Positions 22,598-32,013 of a stretch of DNA of 64,000 nt are shown piece by piece. Under the pieces are notes generated by a model. That model saw only the letters and a list, made by a program, of their open reading frames with translations, made no database searches and was not told where the DNA came from. Origin of the DNA: an uncultured Acidobacteriaceae bacterium (GTDB lineage: Bacteria; Acidobacteriota; Terriglobia; Terriglobales; Acidobacteriaceae). The stretch is from assembly GCA_963813905.1 (NCBI GenBank), contig CAWFAY010000014.1, positions 149,875-213,874 of the forward strand. The letters are read 5' to 3'. Positions within the stretch are counted from its first letter, which is position 1, and every line of letters starts with the position of its first letter. The position numbers and the translations under genes are program-made.

Positions 22598-23755
22598 ATG
22601 GCGAAGCTGATTATCGCAGTCATCACGTTCCTGGTTGCGGCTTCCAGTGCGCAGGATAAGACTCCCAACACCCGTCCTCGCGCGCCGGAGCTGGGCATCA
22701 AGGTCGGCGTTCTTCCCGCCGGGCCGCTCGATGCGATTACCGACGTCGCAGGGGTTGAGGTCGGGCAGACCACCATCATTCGCGGCGACAACATTCGTAC
22801 CGGCGTGACCGCCGTTCTGCCACATTCGGGCAATCTCTATCGCGAGAAGGTGCCTGGCGGAGTTTTCGTCGGCAACGGTTACGGCAAGCTCACCGGGACC
22901 ACGCAGGTCGACGAGCTGGGCAATATCGAGACGCCGATTCTTCTCACCTCCACCATGAGTGTATTTCGCGTCGCCGATGCGCTCGTGAGCTATATGTTCG
23001 CGCTGCCGGGAAATGAGGATGTGCTGTCCATTAATCCAATTGTCGGTGAGACCAATGACGGGTACCTGAACGACATTCGCGGGCGGCACATCACACCCGA
23101 AGACGTCTTCGCTGCGATCAAGAATGCGAAGGGCGGTCCCGTCGAGGAGGGTGATGTCGGCGCCGGAACAGGAACCATCGCCTTTGGTTGGAAGGGGGGC
23201 ATCGGCACCGCATCCCGGCGCCTGCCGCAGAGTCTCGGAGGCTATACCGTTGGCGTGCTGGTGCAGACGAATTTCGGCGGCATACTCACGATCAACGGCG
23301 CTCCTGTCGGGCAGGAGCTTGGCAAATACTATCTGCGCGAAGAGGTCCATCCCCCAAGCGGGAAGAATAGTCCCGACGGCTCGTGCATGATGATCATCGC
23401 CACCGACGCTCCCATGGAGTCGCGCAACCTCAAGCGACTGGCGGCGAGAGCCTGGGTGGGCATGGGACGCACGGGAAGCTCAGCCTCGACCGGCAGCGGC
23501 GACTATGCCATCGCCTTCTCCACTGCGCCCCAGGTGCGAATCCACGCGAATAGCAAGGCTTTAACCCAGCAGGTTGAGCTGCTGACGAACGACGCCACCT
23601 CTCCTCTGTTTGAAGCTGTGATCGAAGCTACCGAAGAGGCGATCTACAACTCGATGTTCCGCGCAACTACGATGACCGGCAACGGCCATACCATCGAGGC
23701 GCTGCCCATCGACAGGACGGTGGAGATCCTGCGGGCGCACAGGGCTATTCAGTAA
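22598..23755 (+). CDS. P1/S58 family peptidase (DmpA-like L-aminopeptidase/D-esterase), secreted
   Basis: 385 aa. Signal peptide, AITDVAGVEVGQTT..GVTAVL, and GETNDGYLNDI..GAGTGT, as I recall for DmpA/BapA homologs. Confidence 0.75.
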   Translation: MAKLIIAVITFLVAASSAQDKTPNTRPRAPELGIKVGVLPAGPLDAITDVAGVEVGQTTIIRGDNIRTGVTAVLPHSGNLYREKVPGGVFVGNGYGKLTGTTQVDELGNIETPILLTSTMSVFRVADALVSYMFALPGNEDVLSINPIVGETNDGYLNDIRGRHITPEDVFAAIKNAKGGPVEEGDVGAGTGTIAFGWKGGIGTASRRLPQSLGGYTVGVLVQTNFGGILTINGAPVGQELGKYYLREEVHPPSGKNSPDGSCMMIIATDAPMESRNLKRLAARAWVGMGRTGSSASTGSGDYAIAFSTAPQVRIHANSKALTQQVELLTNDATSPLFEAVIEATEEAIYNSMFRATTMTGNGHTIEALPIDRTVEILRAHRAIQ

Positions 23756-23822
23756 TAACACCTCGCACCGCTGCGGTCGAAATCGAACCCCGCCAGCGGT
23801 GGTGCACATCTACTAGACCTTA

Positions 23823-25436
23823 ATGAAGCCCCCCTGCGATGAAGCTGTAATGCGTTCGCGCGATGGGATCTCGCCTTGCCGAGATAAGCAGGCGATCTGG
23901 ATCCTCGCAGCCACGATTCTCGGCTCGAGCATGGCGTTCATCGACAGCACTGTGGTTAACGTCGCTCTGCCGGCATTGCAGAAGAGCTTTGGCGCGAGTG
24001 TGCTTGGCGTCCAGTGGGTGGTGGAAGCCTACGGTCTCACCCTGTCTGCGCTGATCCTGGTGGGTGGATCGATGGGCGACCTGTTTGGCCGCCGCCGCAT
24101 GTTCGTGTTTGGCGTCACGGTTTTCGCAGCCGCGTCGGCCTTCTGCGGTTCGGCTTCCACCATCGGGCAGTTGATCGCGGCGCGAGCTATTCAGGGCGTG
24201 GGGGCCGCGTTTCTAGTGCCAGGGAGCCTGGCGCTCATCAGCGCGTCGTTTGACGAGAGCGAGCGCGGCAGAGCCATCGGCACGTGGTCGGGGTCGACTG
24301 CAATCACCACCGCAGTCGGCCCCGTTCTCGGAGGCTGGTTAATCGAGCGCCTGTCGTGGCGCTGGGTATTCTTCATCAACCTACCTCTCGCACTCGCGGT
24401 AATCGTGATCAGCTTGTGGAGGGTACCTGAGAGCAGGAGCAGTCGTCAGGGACGCATTGATTGGCTGGGCACACTTGCAGCAACCTTCAGTTTGACCGGG
24501 CTGGTGTTTGGGCTGATTGAGTCGTCGAGGCTGGGATGGAGGTACCCACCGGTTCTCGCCGCTTTCGCTGCCGGCGTTCTGGCATTGTTGGCATTTCTGC
24601 TGGTCGAGTCCTCAGCAGACTCGCCGATGGTCCCGCTTGCGTTATTTCGATCGCGTGCTTTCAGCGGTGCAAACCTGCTGACGCTGTTTCTGTACTCGGC
24701 CCTCAGCATCTTCTTTTTTGTTTTCCCACTCGATCTCATTCAGGTGCAGGGATACTCGGCGACGGCAGCGGGTGCAGCAATCCTGCCGTTCATCTTGCTT
24801 ATGTTCACGCTCTCTCGCTGGTCAGGAGGTCTGGTCGCTCGCTATGGAGCGCGAATACCCCTGATAATCGGCCCAGGAATAACCGCGCTTGGGTTTCTCC
24901 TGTTTGCGATACCTTCGGTCGGAGGCAGCTACTGGACTACGTTCTTCCCGGCTGTGATCACGCTAGGTCTGGGGATGGCGGTCAGCGTTGCTCCCTTGAC
25001 CACGGTCGTGATGGGTGCTGTCGATCAGGACCGCGTGGGAACGGCCTCGGGTATCAATAATGCTGTCGCTCGCGTGGCTGGAGTACTGGCTGTTGCCGGT
25101 CTGGGAGCGGCGATGGTCGCAACCTTTGGCAACCACTTGAATCGCCGCTTGGACAGCGTCGCCATGCCCAACGAAGTGCGGACTGAACTGCAATCGAATG
25201 AGATCAAGATGGCGGCCCTCACGCCACCGGATACAGTCGAGCCTCAAACCGCGGCCGCCATTCGCGTGGCAATCGCCGCCTCATTTGTCAGCAGCTTCAG
25301 GTTGATGATGTGGATTTGCTTCGCGCTGGCTCTCGTCAGCTCCGCGGTTGCGTGGCGGATGATTCCCCAGGCCACCCGGTTGGCCGGCAATGCAGAACAG
25401 AAGCGCGACGCAAGGGCGCAAACTATTCGTAGCTAG
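23823..25436 (+). CDS. MFS transporter, DHA2 (EmrB/QacA, 14-TM) type
   Basis: 537 aa. Multiple TM segments; motif A-like GSMGDLFGRRRMF; VVNVALPALQ near the N-terminus. Confidence 0.85.
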   Translation: MKPPCDEAVMRSRDGISPCRDKQAIWILAATILGSSMAFIDSTVVNVALPALQKSFGASVLGVQWVVEAYGLTLSALILVGGSMGDLFGRRRMFVFGVTVFAAASAFCGSASTIGQLIAARAIQGVGAAFLVPGSLALISASFDESERGRAIGTWSGSTAITTAVGPVLGGWLIERLSWRWVFFINLPLALAVIVISLWRVPESRSSRQGRIDWLGTLAATFSLTGLVFGLIESSRLGWRYPPVLAAFAAGVLALLAFLLVESSADSPMVPLALFRSRAFSGANLLTLFLYSALSIFFFVFPLDLIQVQGYSATAAGAAILPFILLMFTLSRWSGGLVARYGARIPLIIGPGITALGFLLFAIPSVGGSYWTTFFPAVITLGLGMAVSVAPLTTVVMGAVDQDRVGTASGINNAVARVAGVLAVAGLGAAMVATFGNHLNRRLDSVAMPNEVRTELQSNEIKMAALTPPDTVEPQTAAAIRVAIAASFVSSFRLMMWICFALALVSSAVAWRMIPQATRLAGNAEQKRDARAQTIRS

Positions 25437-25482
25437 TTGCCTCGGCCAGATGTATAACTCTCTTTTCCGCCCAACCACTGTT

Positions 25483-27121
25483 ATGAACGCTACCGATAAG
25501 TTCCTCGCCGCCCGCGAGGTTTTGCTGGACAACCGGGACGATTACGAGACGGCCTTCCGCGAATTTCGCTGGCCCGAGTTCACCGACTTCAACTGGGCGC
25601 GCGACTGGTTCGATGTCTATGCGCAAGCCAATCGCAAGCCGGCGCTGTGGTTGCGCAGCGAAACCAAGGGTGAGTCTAAGTACACCTACGAAGAAATGGC
25701 CGAACGCTCGGACCGCGTGGCACACTTCCTCCAGCGCCAGGGAGTCGAGCCCGGCCATCTGGGAGCTAATACTGGCCGCCATCAAGATCGGCGCAGTGAT
25801 TGTGCCGACTACCACTCTGGCCACCGAAGCCGAAATCCAGGACCGGCTGGAGCGCAGCCTGCCACGCATGATCGTCACCGACGAAAGTGCTATGGGCCGC
25901 ATCCCGGCGGACGCACAGCTCAAGAAGATTTTGGTCGGCGCTCCATCCGACGGCTGGATTCCTTACGAGCTTGCCCTCGAAGGAGACCGCGAATACCAGG
26001 CCGTAACCACGCAGGCGAAGGATCCCTTCCTGCTTTACTTCACCTCCGGCACCACAGCCAAGTCGAAGCTCGTACTGCACACGCAGGAAAGCTATCCCGT
26101 TGGCCACCTCTCGACCATGTACTGGATCGGCATCCGAGAAGATGACATTCACCAGAACATCAGCTCGCCGGGTTGGGCGAAGCATGCCTGGAGCTGCGTC
26201 TTCGCGCCGTGGAATGCCGGGGCCACGACATTTGTTCACGATGCTCCGCGCTTCAACACCGCCAACTCCTTGCGCGCGTTGGAGGACGCCGGCGTCACCA
26301 CGCTGTGCGCGCCTCCGACGGTGTGGCGCATGCTGATTCGCGACGAGCTTGGACAGAAACCACGCGGCTTGCGCGAGTTGGCCAGTGCTGGTGAGCCGTT
26401 GAACCCCGAAGTGATCGAGCAGGTCGAGAAAGCTTGGGGACTGACGATCCGCGATGGCTACGGCCAGACCGAAACCACAGCCGTGATCGGCAACTCTCCG
26501 GGACAGAAGGTGAAGATCGGCAGCATGGGACGGCCGTTGCCGGGATATCAGATCGCTCTCGTCGATATGAACGATCAGCCGTGCGAAGAGGGCGAGGTTG
26601 CGGTGCAGCTTCAGCCTCGGCCGACGGGCCTGATGATCGGCTACATGGATGATCCCGAGAGGACGGGGGCCGCTATGCAGAGCGGTTTGTATCATACTGG
26701 CGACCAGGCGTTGTGCGATGAGGATGGCTACTTCTTTTTCGTTGGCCGCGCCGACGATGTCTTCAAGAGCTCCGACTATCGCATCAGTCCGTTCGAACTG
26801 GAGAGCGCGTTGATGGAGCATCCGCTGGTAGCCGAGGTTGCAATTGTGCCCAGCTCCGACCCGATACGCACCAACGTTCCCAAGGCATTCATCACACTGG
26901 TTGCGGACGCGCAGCCGTCGCAGAAAATCGCGAGCGAGATTCTGTTCTTTGCCAAGGAAAAGCTGGCGTCCTACAAGCGCGTTAGAAAGATCGAATTCCA
27001 CGAGCTACCCAAGACTATCTCGGGCAAGATCCGCCGTGCCGAATTGCGCAAGATGGAAGCGCAGCGCGTCAGCGAAGGAAAGCGCGGCGACCTGGAGTTC
27101 TGGCTGAAGGACTTCGAGTAG
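25483..27121 (+). pseudogene. AMP-dependent acyl-CoA synthetase/ligase with an internal out-of-frame deletion near 25751-25762
   Basis: The N-terminal frame (MNATDKFLAAR...FLQRQGVEPG) switches directly into WELILAAIKIGAVIVP... in another frame. About a dozen residues normally found between these motifs appear to be missing. Downstream motifs are intact (YFTSGTTAKSK, GYGQTET, GDQA..DEDGYFFFVGRADD, PKTISGKIRR). Confidence 0.8.
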
Positions 27122-27180
27122 TCGTCCGATAAATCTCCCCGCCTCAGTCACGGCTCTAACCCTCTGCGAAAAACTTGCTT

Positions 27181-27345
27181 CGCGACGATTCGCGTCAGGG
27201 CACGTCTTCAGACGTGCCGTTTGTGGCCGAATAAGGAGCCGGTTTTAGCCCCTGCGGGCGTTCGTCTCTCAGGGGCTAAAGCCCAACTGAATTGCACGCG
27301 TTTTCGACACGACTGGAAGTCGTGCCCTGACTCGAGTTCCTGGTC
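27181..27345. repeat. REP-like hairpin repeat cluster (family also at 1-40 and 38335-38405)
   Basis: cgcgacgattcgcgtcagggcac matches the window start. Hairpins: ggcacgtc-ttca-gacgtgcc, agcccctg...caggggct, gcacgact-gga-agtcgtgc. Confidence 0.75.
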
Positions 27346-27374
27346 TACTCACGCTTCATGTCATCGCAAGGTTT

Positions 27375-28259
27375 TTAAATCTCATCTTCCAATGGGAATT
27401 TCGCTCTCCGATAAAGCCGGTCAAACACCACGAACATCACCGCGATCACCGGAAAGACGAGGCGGCTTGCCTCGGGTCCAAGCAGCCCTCCTGTGACCCA
27501 TTGCGGTCCCTGCCAGCTCGTCTGCAGCAAGTGTCCAACCGCGTACTCTCCGGCGTTCTGTCCCGACCAGACGAAGAGGTTCGCGAAGTCGAAAGCCGCG
27601 TGAAAGCCGATGGCGAAAGCCAGGGAGCCGGTGCGCCGCAGCGTGAAGCACATGAACAGCCCAAGCAGTGCAGTGGAGGCGAAGTCTTCCCAGCGTTCGT
27701 GCGGCTTGAAGAAGAAGTGCATCGCGCCGAAGCCTATGGAGAGAAGAATGGACGCCGCCCAGAATCCGATGCCATCAGCAGCGGTGGCCAGCAGGTAGGC
27801 GCGAAACTGGATCTCCTCGGAGAATCCGATCAGCAGATTGGCGATGGTCCAGAGCGCCGCGAAGTACCAGAGTTCGCCGCCATGAATTGCGAGCCCTAGA
27901 ACGCGATAGCCGCCGAACGCAGCGATCAGCCCTACGAGCAACAAGGTTGAGCCTATGCCCCAGGCAGCTCCAATCCAGAAATGCTCCCCAAAGGCATTGC
28001 GTAGCGGCGGGATGCCATAGGCTTGGAAGCGCCGGCGCTCGATACGGGCCATGATCCAGATAGCAATGAGAACCAGTACCAGCGACGTCGTCTCAGCTTC
28101 GATGAAGGAGACGGGGTCCAGAAACGGTCGCTGCTGGGGATGAAAGATTCTCGTGACGATCCAATCGGTCACGAAAGACAGGGCAACGAAGATGCCGACG
28201 AAGATCAGCAGTCGCCAACCGGCACGCAGTCCACGGGAATTGAAGAAGACTTTCTTCAT
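27375..28259 (-). CDS. CPBP-family intramembrane glutamic endopeptidase (CAAX protease-like)
   Basis: 294 aa, polytopic. Motifs FSEEIQFRAYL (EExxxR), FGAMHF and HAAFDF. Confidence 0.8.
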   Translation of the reverse strand: MKKVFFNSRGLRAGWRLLIFVGIFVALSFVTDWIVTRIFHPQQRPFLDPVSFIEAETTSLVLVLIAIWIMARIERRRFQAYGIPPLRNAFGEHFWIGAAWGIGSTLLLVGLIAAFGGYRVLGLAIHGGELWYFAALWTIANLLIGFSEEIQFRAYLLATAADGIGFWAASILLSIGFGAMHFFFKPHERWEDFASTALLGLFMCFTLRRTGSLAFAIGFHAAFDFANLFVWSGQNAGEYAVGHLLQTSWQGPQWVTGGLLGPEASRLVFPVIAVMFVVFDRLYRRAKFPLEDEI

Positions 28260-28361
28260 ATCGCCCAGTACGCCTGGCCCAGGCGGTTGGTTCCACGGCC
28301 GTCAAGAATGGATGTGCTACGAACTTCGCGGCTGTTTGTGACGACTCCTTGCTTCAATGGG

Positions 28362-28670
28362 TTAACTCTTGGCACGAGCAGCGGCCACCCGCATGGGATA
28401 GACCGCGAAGCGGTTCATACCCGCCGTGACCGAGGGATCGTTCTCGCCGAAGGTGCGGGCCTCGGCCTCGTCGGCGACTTCCAAAATGCCTACGCCGAAC
28501 GCTCCATCCGGCGACATCACCGGTCCGTAGAGCAGCAGCTTGCCCGCTTCAAACTGCTGCTGACAATAGTCGCTGTGTTGTGCCATGAGAGCTTGCTCTT
28601 CGTCGGTTATGTCGCTGGGAAAAGTTGCGCGGGGCGGAATGAGCTTGAAGTAGAAGTGTTGTTTGTTCAT
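28362..28670 (-). CDS. YciI-family protein
   Basis: 102 aa. Typical size and pattern (...H..Y......G.LL.GP......G..ILE.....EA......DP). Confidence 0.65.
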   Translation of the reverse strand: MNKQHFYFKLIPPRATFPSDITDEEQALMAQHSDYCQQQFEAGKLLLYGPVMSPDGAFGVGILEVADEAEARTFGENDPSVTAGMNRFAVYPMRVAAARAKS

Positions 28671-28719
28671 CGTGGCAGCGATGATAACGCATGGAGGAGC
28701 GATCCACGCGGCTGGAAAC

Positions 28720-29874
28720 CTACTTGAGACTGGCGGCTCCGGCCAGCGTATCCGAAGTCGAGGTTTGACGAGTTGAGCTGAGCCTCAACGCCTGCTCCTC
28801 TTGCCGCAGCACGCGCAGTGCGCCTTCTGCCAGCGCCTGTAGTTCGTCTTCACCGGGATAGAGAACGACGGGCGCGATCCATTGGACATGTGCGGTCAGT
28901 TCCGCAACCAGTCGCGCGGAGTGAGCCATGCCGCCGGTGAGCAGAATCGCGTCCACGCGACCGCCCAGCACGGCTGACATCGCTCCGATCTCTTTCGCGA
29001 TCTGGTAGACCATCGCGGCGAAGACGGTAGCGGCGGGCTCATCTCCGGAAGCAATGCGGCGTTCCACCTCGCACAAGTCCTTCGTTCCGAGGTACGACTG
29101 GAGACCGCCGTCGCGGACTAGCAACGCTTCGATCTGCTTCTTTGTGTACTGTCCCGCGAAACAGAGGTCGAGCAATTGCATGGCGGGTACGCCGCCGGCA
29201 CGCTCGGTGGAGAAGGCTCCCTCTTCGCGGGAGTTGGTGGCATCGATCATGCGGCCGCCTTCGTGCGCCGAAACCGAGATGCCACTGCCGAGGTGCGCCA
29301 CAATGAGACGCAAAGACGTATACGCCTGGCCTCGCTCGCGGGCGTAGCGCTTGGCGACAGCTTTGGAATTGAGAGCATGCGATAGCGACTGACGCTCCAG
29401 AAGAGCGGTGCCAGAAAGGCGCGCGATTTCTGGCCACTCATCCACGCTCACCGGATCGACGATGTATGCTCGCACGCCCGCCTTCTCAGCAAGCGAGTGC
29501 GCGAGATAAGCGCCCAGATTCGAAGCGTGCTCGCCGCGCTTCGCCCGTTGAAGTTCCTCAAGCATCTCCGCGTTCACTTCATACGTTCCACTGGCTAAGG
29601 GCGGCAAGAGTCCGCCCCGTCCGACCACGGCATCGAGCTCCGTGAGACGTACATCCGCTCGTTCGAGCTCCGCCTCAATCTGTGCCGATCGAAATTGTTG
29701 CTGATCCAGAATGGGCCGATTGCGAAACGCTGCCATCTCGCCATCGCTGTGCCGGAGGTTCTTGATCCAAGAAGATCGTTCGTTCAGGAAGAGCGCGAAT
29801 TTGGTTGATGTCGAGCCGGGGTTGATAGCGAGGATTCGAAACTCAGCGGCGGGCAAAGAGCACCCCCAGGGCAA
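28720..29874 (-). CDS. buk: Butyrate kinase
   Basis: 384 aa. ILAINPGSTSTKFALF and AHLGSGISVSAHEGGRMID are ASKHA acetate/butyrate kinase motifs. Directly downstream of ptb. Confidence 0.85.
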   Translation of the reverse strand: MPWGCSLPAAEFRILAINPGSTSTKFALFLNERSSWIKNLRHSDGEMAAFRNRPILDQQQFRSAQIEAELERADVRLTELDAVVGRGGLLPPLASGTYEVNAEMLEELQRAKRGEHASNLGAYLAHSLAEKAGVRAYIVDPVSVDEWPEIARLSGTALLERQSLSHALNSKAVAKRYARERGQAYTSLRLIVAHLGSGISVSAHEGGRMIDATNSREEGAFSTERAGGVPAMQLLDLCFAGQYTKKQIEALLVRDGGLQSYLGTKDLCEVERRIASGDEPAATVFAAMVYQIAKEIGAMSAVLGGRVDAILLTGGMAHSARLVAELTAHVQWIAPVVLYPGEDELQALAEGALRVLRQEEQALRLSSTRQTSTSDTLAGAASLK

Positions 29875-30799
29875 TGGAATTCACCTTGTCGTCAACGCTC
29901 TCTACGCGCGATGGGATGAGTATGGGCACCTTCGCCCCAACCACCACGTGCGCGCACTGTGAGCCGCCGAGATACTTGACGGCTTTTCCGAGCAGGTTGC
30001 CGGCCTCGATGTTAGGAACCACCATGCAATCGGCGTGGCCGGCGACGGGATGAGCAATCCCCTTCGACCGGGCTGCTGATTCGAGCAGCGCGCAGTCGAG
30101 TGCGACCGGCCCAAACAGATCGACTTCGCCAAACTCTCCCGACTCCGCCATCCGGGTAAGACGAAGCGCGTCTTCGGTCGAAGGGACTGATGCACTTACC
30201 GCCTCAGTGGCGCTCATGATGGCAATCTTCGGCCGTCTGCGCCCCAGGCAGCGCATGACCTCAATCGCGTTCTGCACGATCTGCTGCTTCTGCTCGAGAT
30301 TCGGCAAGACATTGAGGCCGCCATCGGTGATCCCAACCAGTCTCGGCTCGCCTGCCAGCGTGTCCTCGTACAGCAGTACGTCGCTCAGCAGCCGGCCTGT
30401 GCGGAGGCCAGTGTCCTTGTTCAGGACGGCGTGTAAGAGCTCGTCGGTTCGCAAGTGCCCCTTCAGCAAAACCTCGACATCGCCTTCGCGCGCCATACGC
30501 ACGGCGTCGACAGCCGCGTCGGCTGTATCGATGAACTCTGCCTGGGACAGAAGGGTAGAGAGGGCCAGTTCTTCAGCTTTGGCGCGAATCTTCTCGATAC
30601 TGCCAAGAAGAACTGGAGCCGCAATCCCTAACTGCAAGGCGCGATCGGCGGCGGTCAGGGCAACCTCATCATCGGCGACAACAATCGCAACCCGCCGTGG
30701 CCCGAGCTGCCGGGCCTGATCGCGAAGTGCACCGAAGGTGGCAATCCTCCGGATCTCAGGAGCGATATCAGTGGTGACCATATCGCTATCGTCCGCCAT
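29843..30799 (-). CDS. ptb: Phosphate butyryltransferase / phosphate acyltransferase (PTA_PTB family)
   Basis: 318 aa. LKGHLRTDELL, IAIMSATE, VPNIEAGNLLGK motifs. Overlaps the buk start. Confidence 0.8.
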   Translation of the reverse strand: MADDSDMVTTDIAPEIRRIATFGALRDQARQLGPRRVAIVVADDEVALTAADRALQLGIAAPVLLGSIEKIRAKAEELALSTLLSQAEFIDTADAAVDAVRMAREGDVEVLLKGHLRTDELLHAVLNKDTGLRTGRLLSDVLLYEDTLAGEPRLVGITDGGLNVLPNLEQKQQIVQNAIEVMRCLGRRRPKIAIMSATEAVSASVPSTEDALRLTRMAESGEFGEVDLFGPVALDCALLESAARSKGIAHPVAGHADCMVVPNIEAGNLLGKAVKYLGGSQCAHVVVGAKVPILIPSRVESVDDKVNSIALGVLFARR

Positions 30800-30994
30800 C
30801 GGCGGTTACATTTCTGTGTCGTGCGTCACACGTCTGCGAACGAAACACGGGGGCGAAGGGCTCATTTGTGGAACGATTACAGAGCCTCAACAGAACAATT
30901 CTTAGCGATGGGTGCGCGGCCATGCTATCTTTCGGCAGCGCACAACTGAGCGTGCGCCTTCCATTCAAGGGAGAAACTTTACAGGAGAGCATAC

Positions 30995-31171
30995 ATGTCT
31001 CTTCAGTACGTTGAACCGACGACACCAGACTTTCCCCCGCTGGCAATTTTCGCGAGAGGCGGCGGGAATCAAAAACCAGGCACTCGATCAACTGGACAGG
31101 GCGCTGGAAAGCCCGCCAAAAAAGCAGCGAAGAAGTCGGCGAAGAAAGCCGCGAAGAAAAAGAAGAAGTAG
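30995..31171 (+). CDS. Small lysine-rich basic protein (58 aa, below the ORF-track cutoff)
   Basis: ATG at 30995 preceded by caggagag. Translation is MSLQYVEPTTPDFPPLAIFARGGGNQKPGTRSTGQGAGKPAKKAAKKSAKKAAKKKKK, with a histone-H1-like AKK tail. Confidence 0.4.
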   Translation: MSLQYVEPTTPDFPPLAIFARGGGNQKPGTRSTGQGAGKPAKKAAKKSAKKAAKKKKK

Positions 31172-31303
31172 CTTCCCGCTCTTTACTGAGAGATAGGTTT
31201 CGACCGCACTCCCAGGCGACGGGCCCAGCGTCGCCTTTATCTCGCTCCAGCGGTGACCAACCTCACAGAAGGAGACGGCCACGCTGGTCTACACTGCGTG
31301 GTC

Positions 31304-31864
31304 ATGCTGAAGGAAAAACAATTTCGTGAACGCGCCTCGCGCGAGCTGCGCGAGCTCGGCAATCAGGTGCTCAGCCTTTGCACGGACCGCGAGCTCTATC
31401 GCCGGCTGGAGGCTGAGGTCCTCGAAGCTAATCCAGATCTCGCCGGCAATGGCAGTGCCTTCCTGGAACTTGTCCGGGGAGCTTACACCGACGCCACCAC
31501 CATGCGGCTGCGGCGGCTGGTGGCGCCCGAAGCTAACCTTTCCCTGCGACGCACCATCGTGCAACTGAGCGACTATCCCGACCTGCTGCACCAAAGGGTC
31601 AACAGCCGCGAGCTGGTCGATGATGCTGCCTCGCTCGACAAGATGGCAGTACACCTGAAGGAACAAATCGAGCCCCACTTCCTGGCGCACGAGCGAACGC
31701 CCGGCGCCCTCGCTCCCACGCTACGCGAGCTCGATCGCGCATTGGACCTGGTGAGCGAGCTGCTCAAGAAGTATTACTGGGTGGTATGTGAGGGACACCT
31801 CGACCTCGCGGTGAAGACCAGCGGCGACCCTTTCGCTGCGCTTCGGAGAGTGTGGGCGAAATGA
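31304..31864 (+). CDS. Hypothetical helical protein
   Basis: ORF with helical, charged composition. Start chosen at MLKEKQ. No family recognised. Confidence 0.45.
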   Translation: MLKEKQFRERASRELRELGNQVLSLCTDRELYRRLEAEVLEANPDLAGNGSAFLELVRGAYTDATTMRLRRLVAPEANLSLRRTIVQLSDYPDLLHQRVNSRELVDDAASLDKMAVHLKEQIEPHFLAHERTPGALAPTLRELDRALDLVSELLKKYYWVVCEGHLDLAVKTSGDPFAALRRVWAK

Positions 31865-32013
31865 TGGCAGGTTTCGTTACCGGCCGGCCTTCTTTGATAG
31901 AAGTTGGTCCTGAGCAGTGGCAATGCTGGTGTGCCGCGGGCCGACGCATCTCACGAAAACTGCTACACCCTTCTCGCCGCATGTCGTATGATTCCCTGTC
32001 CACGGAGAATCCT

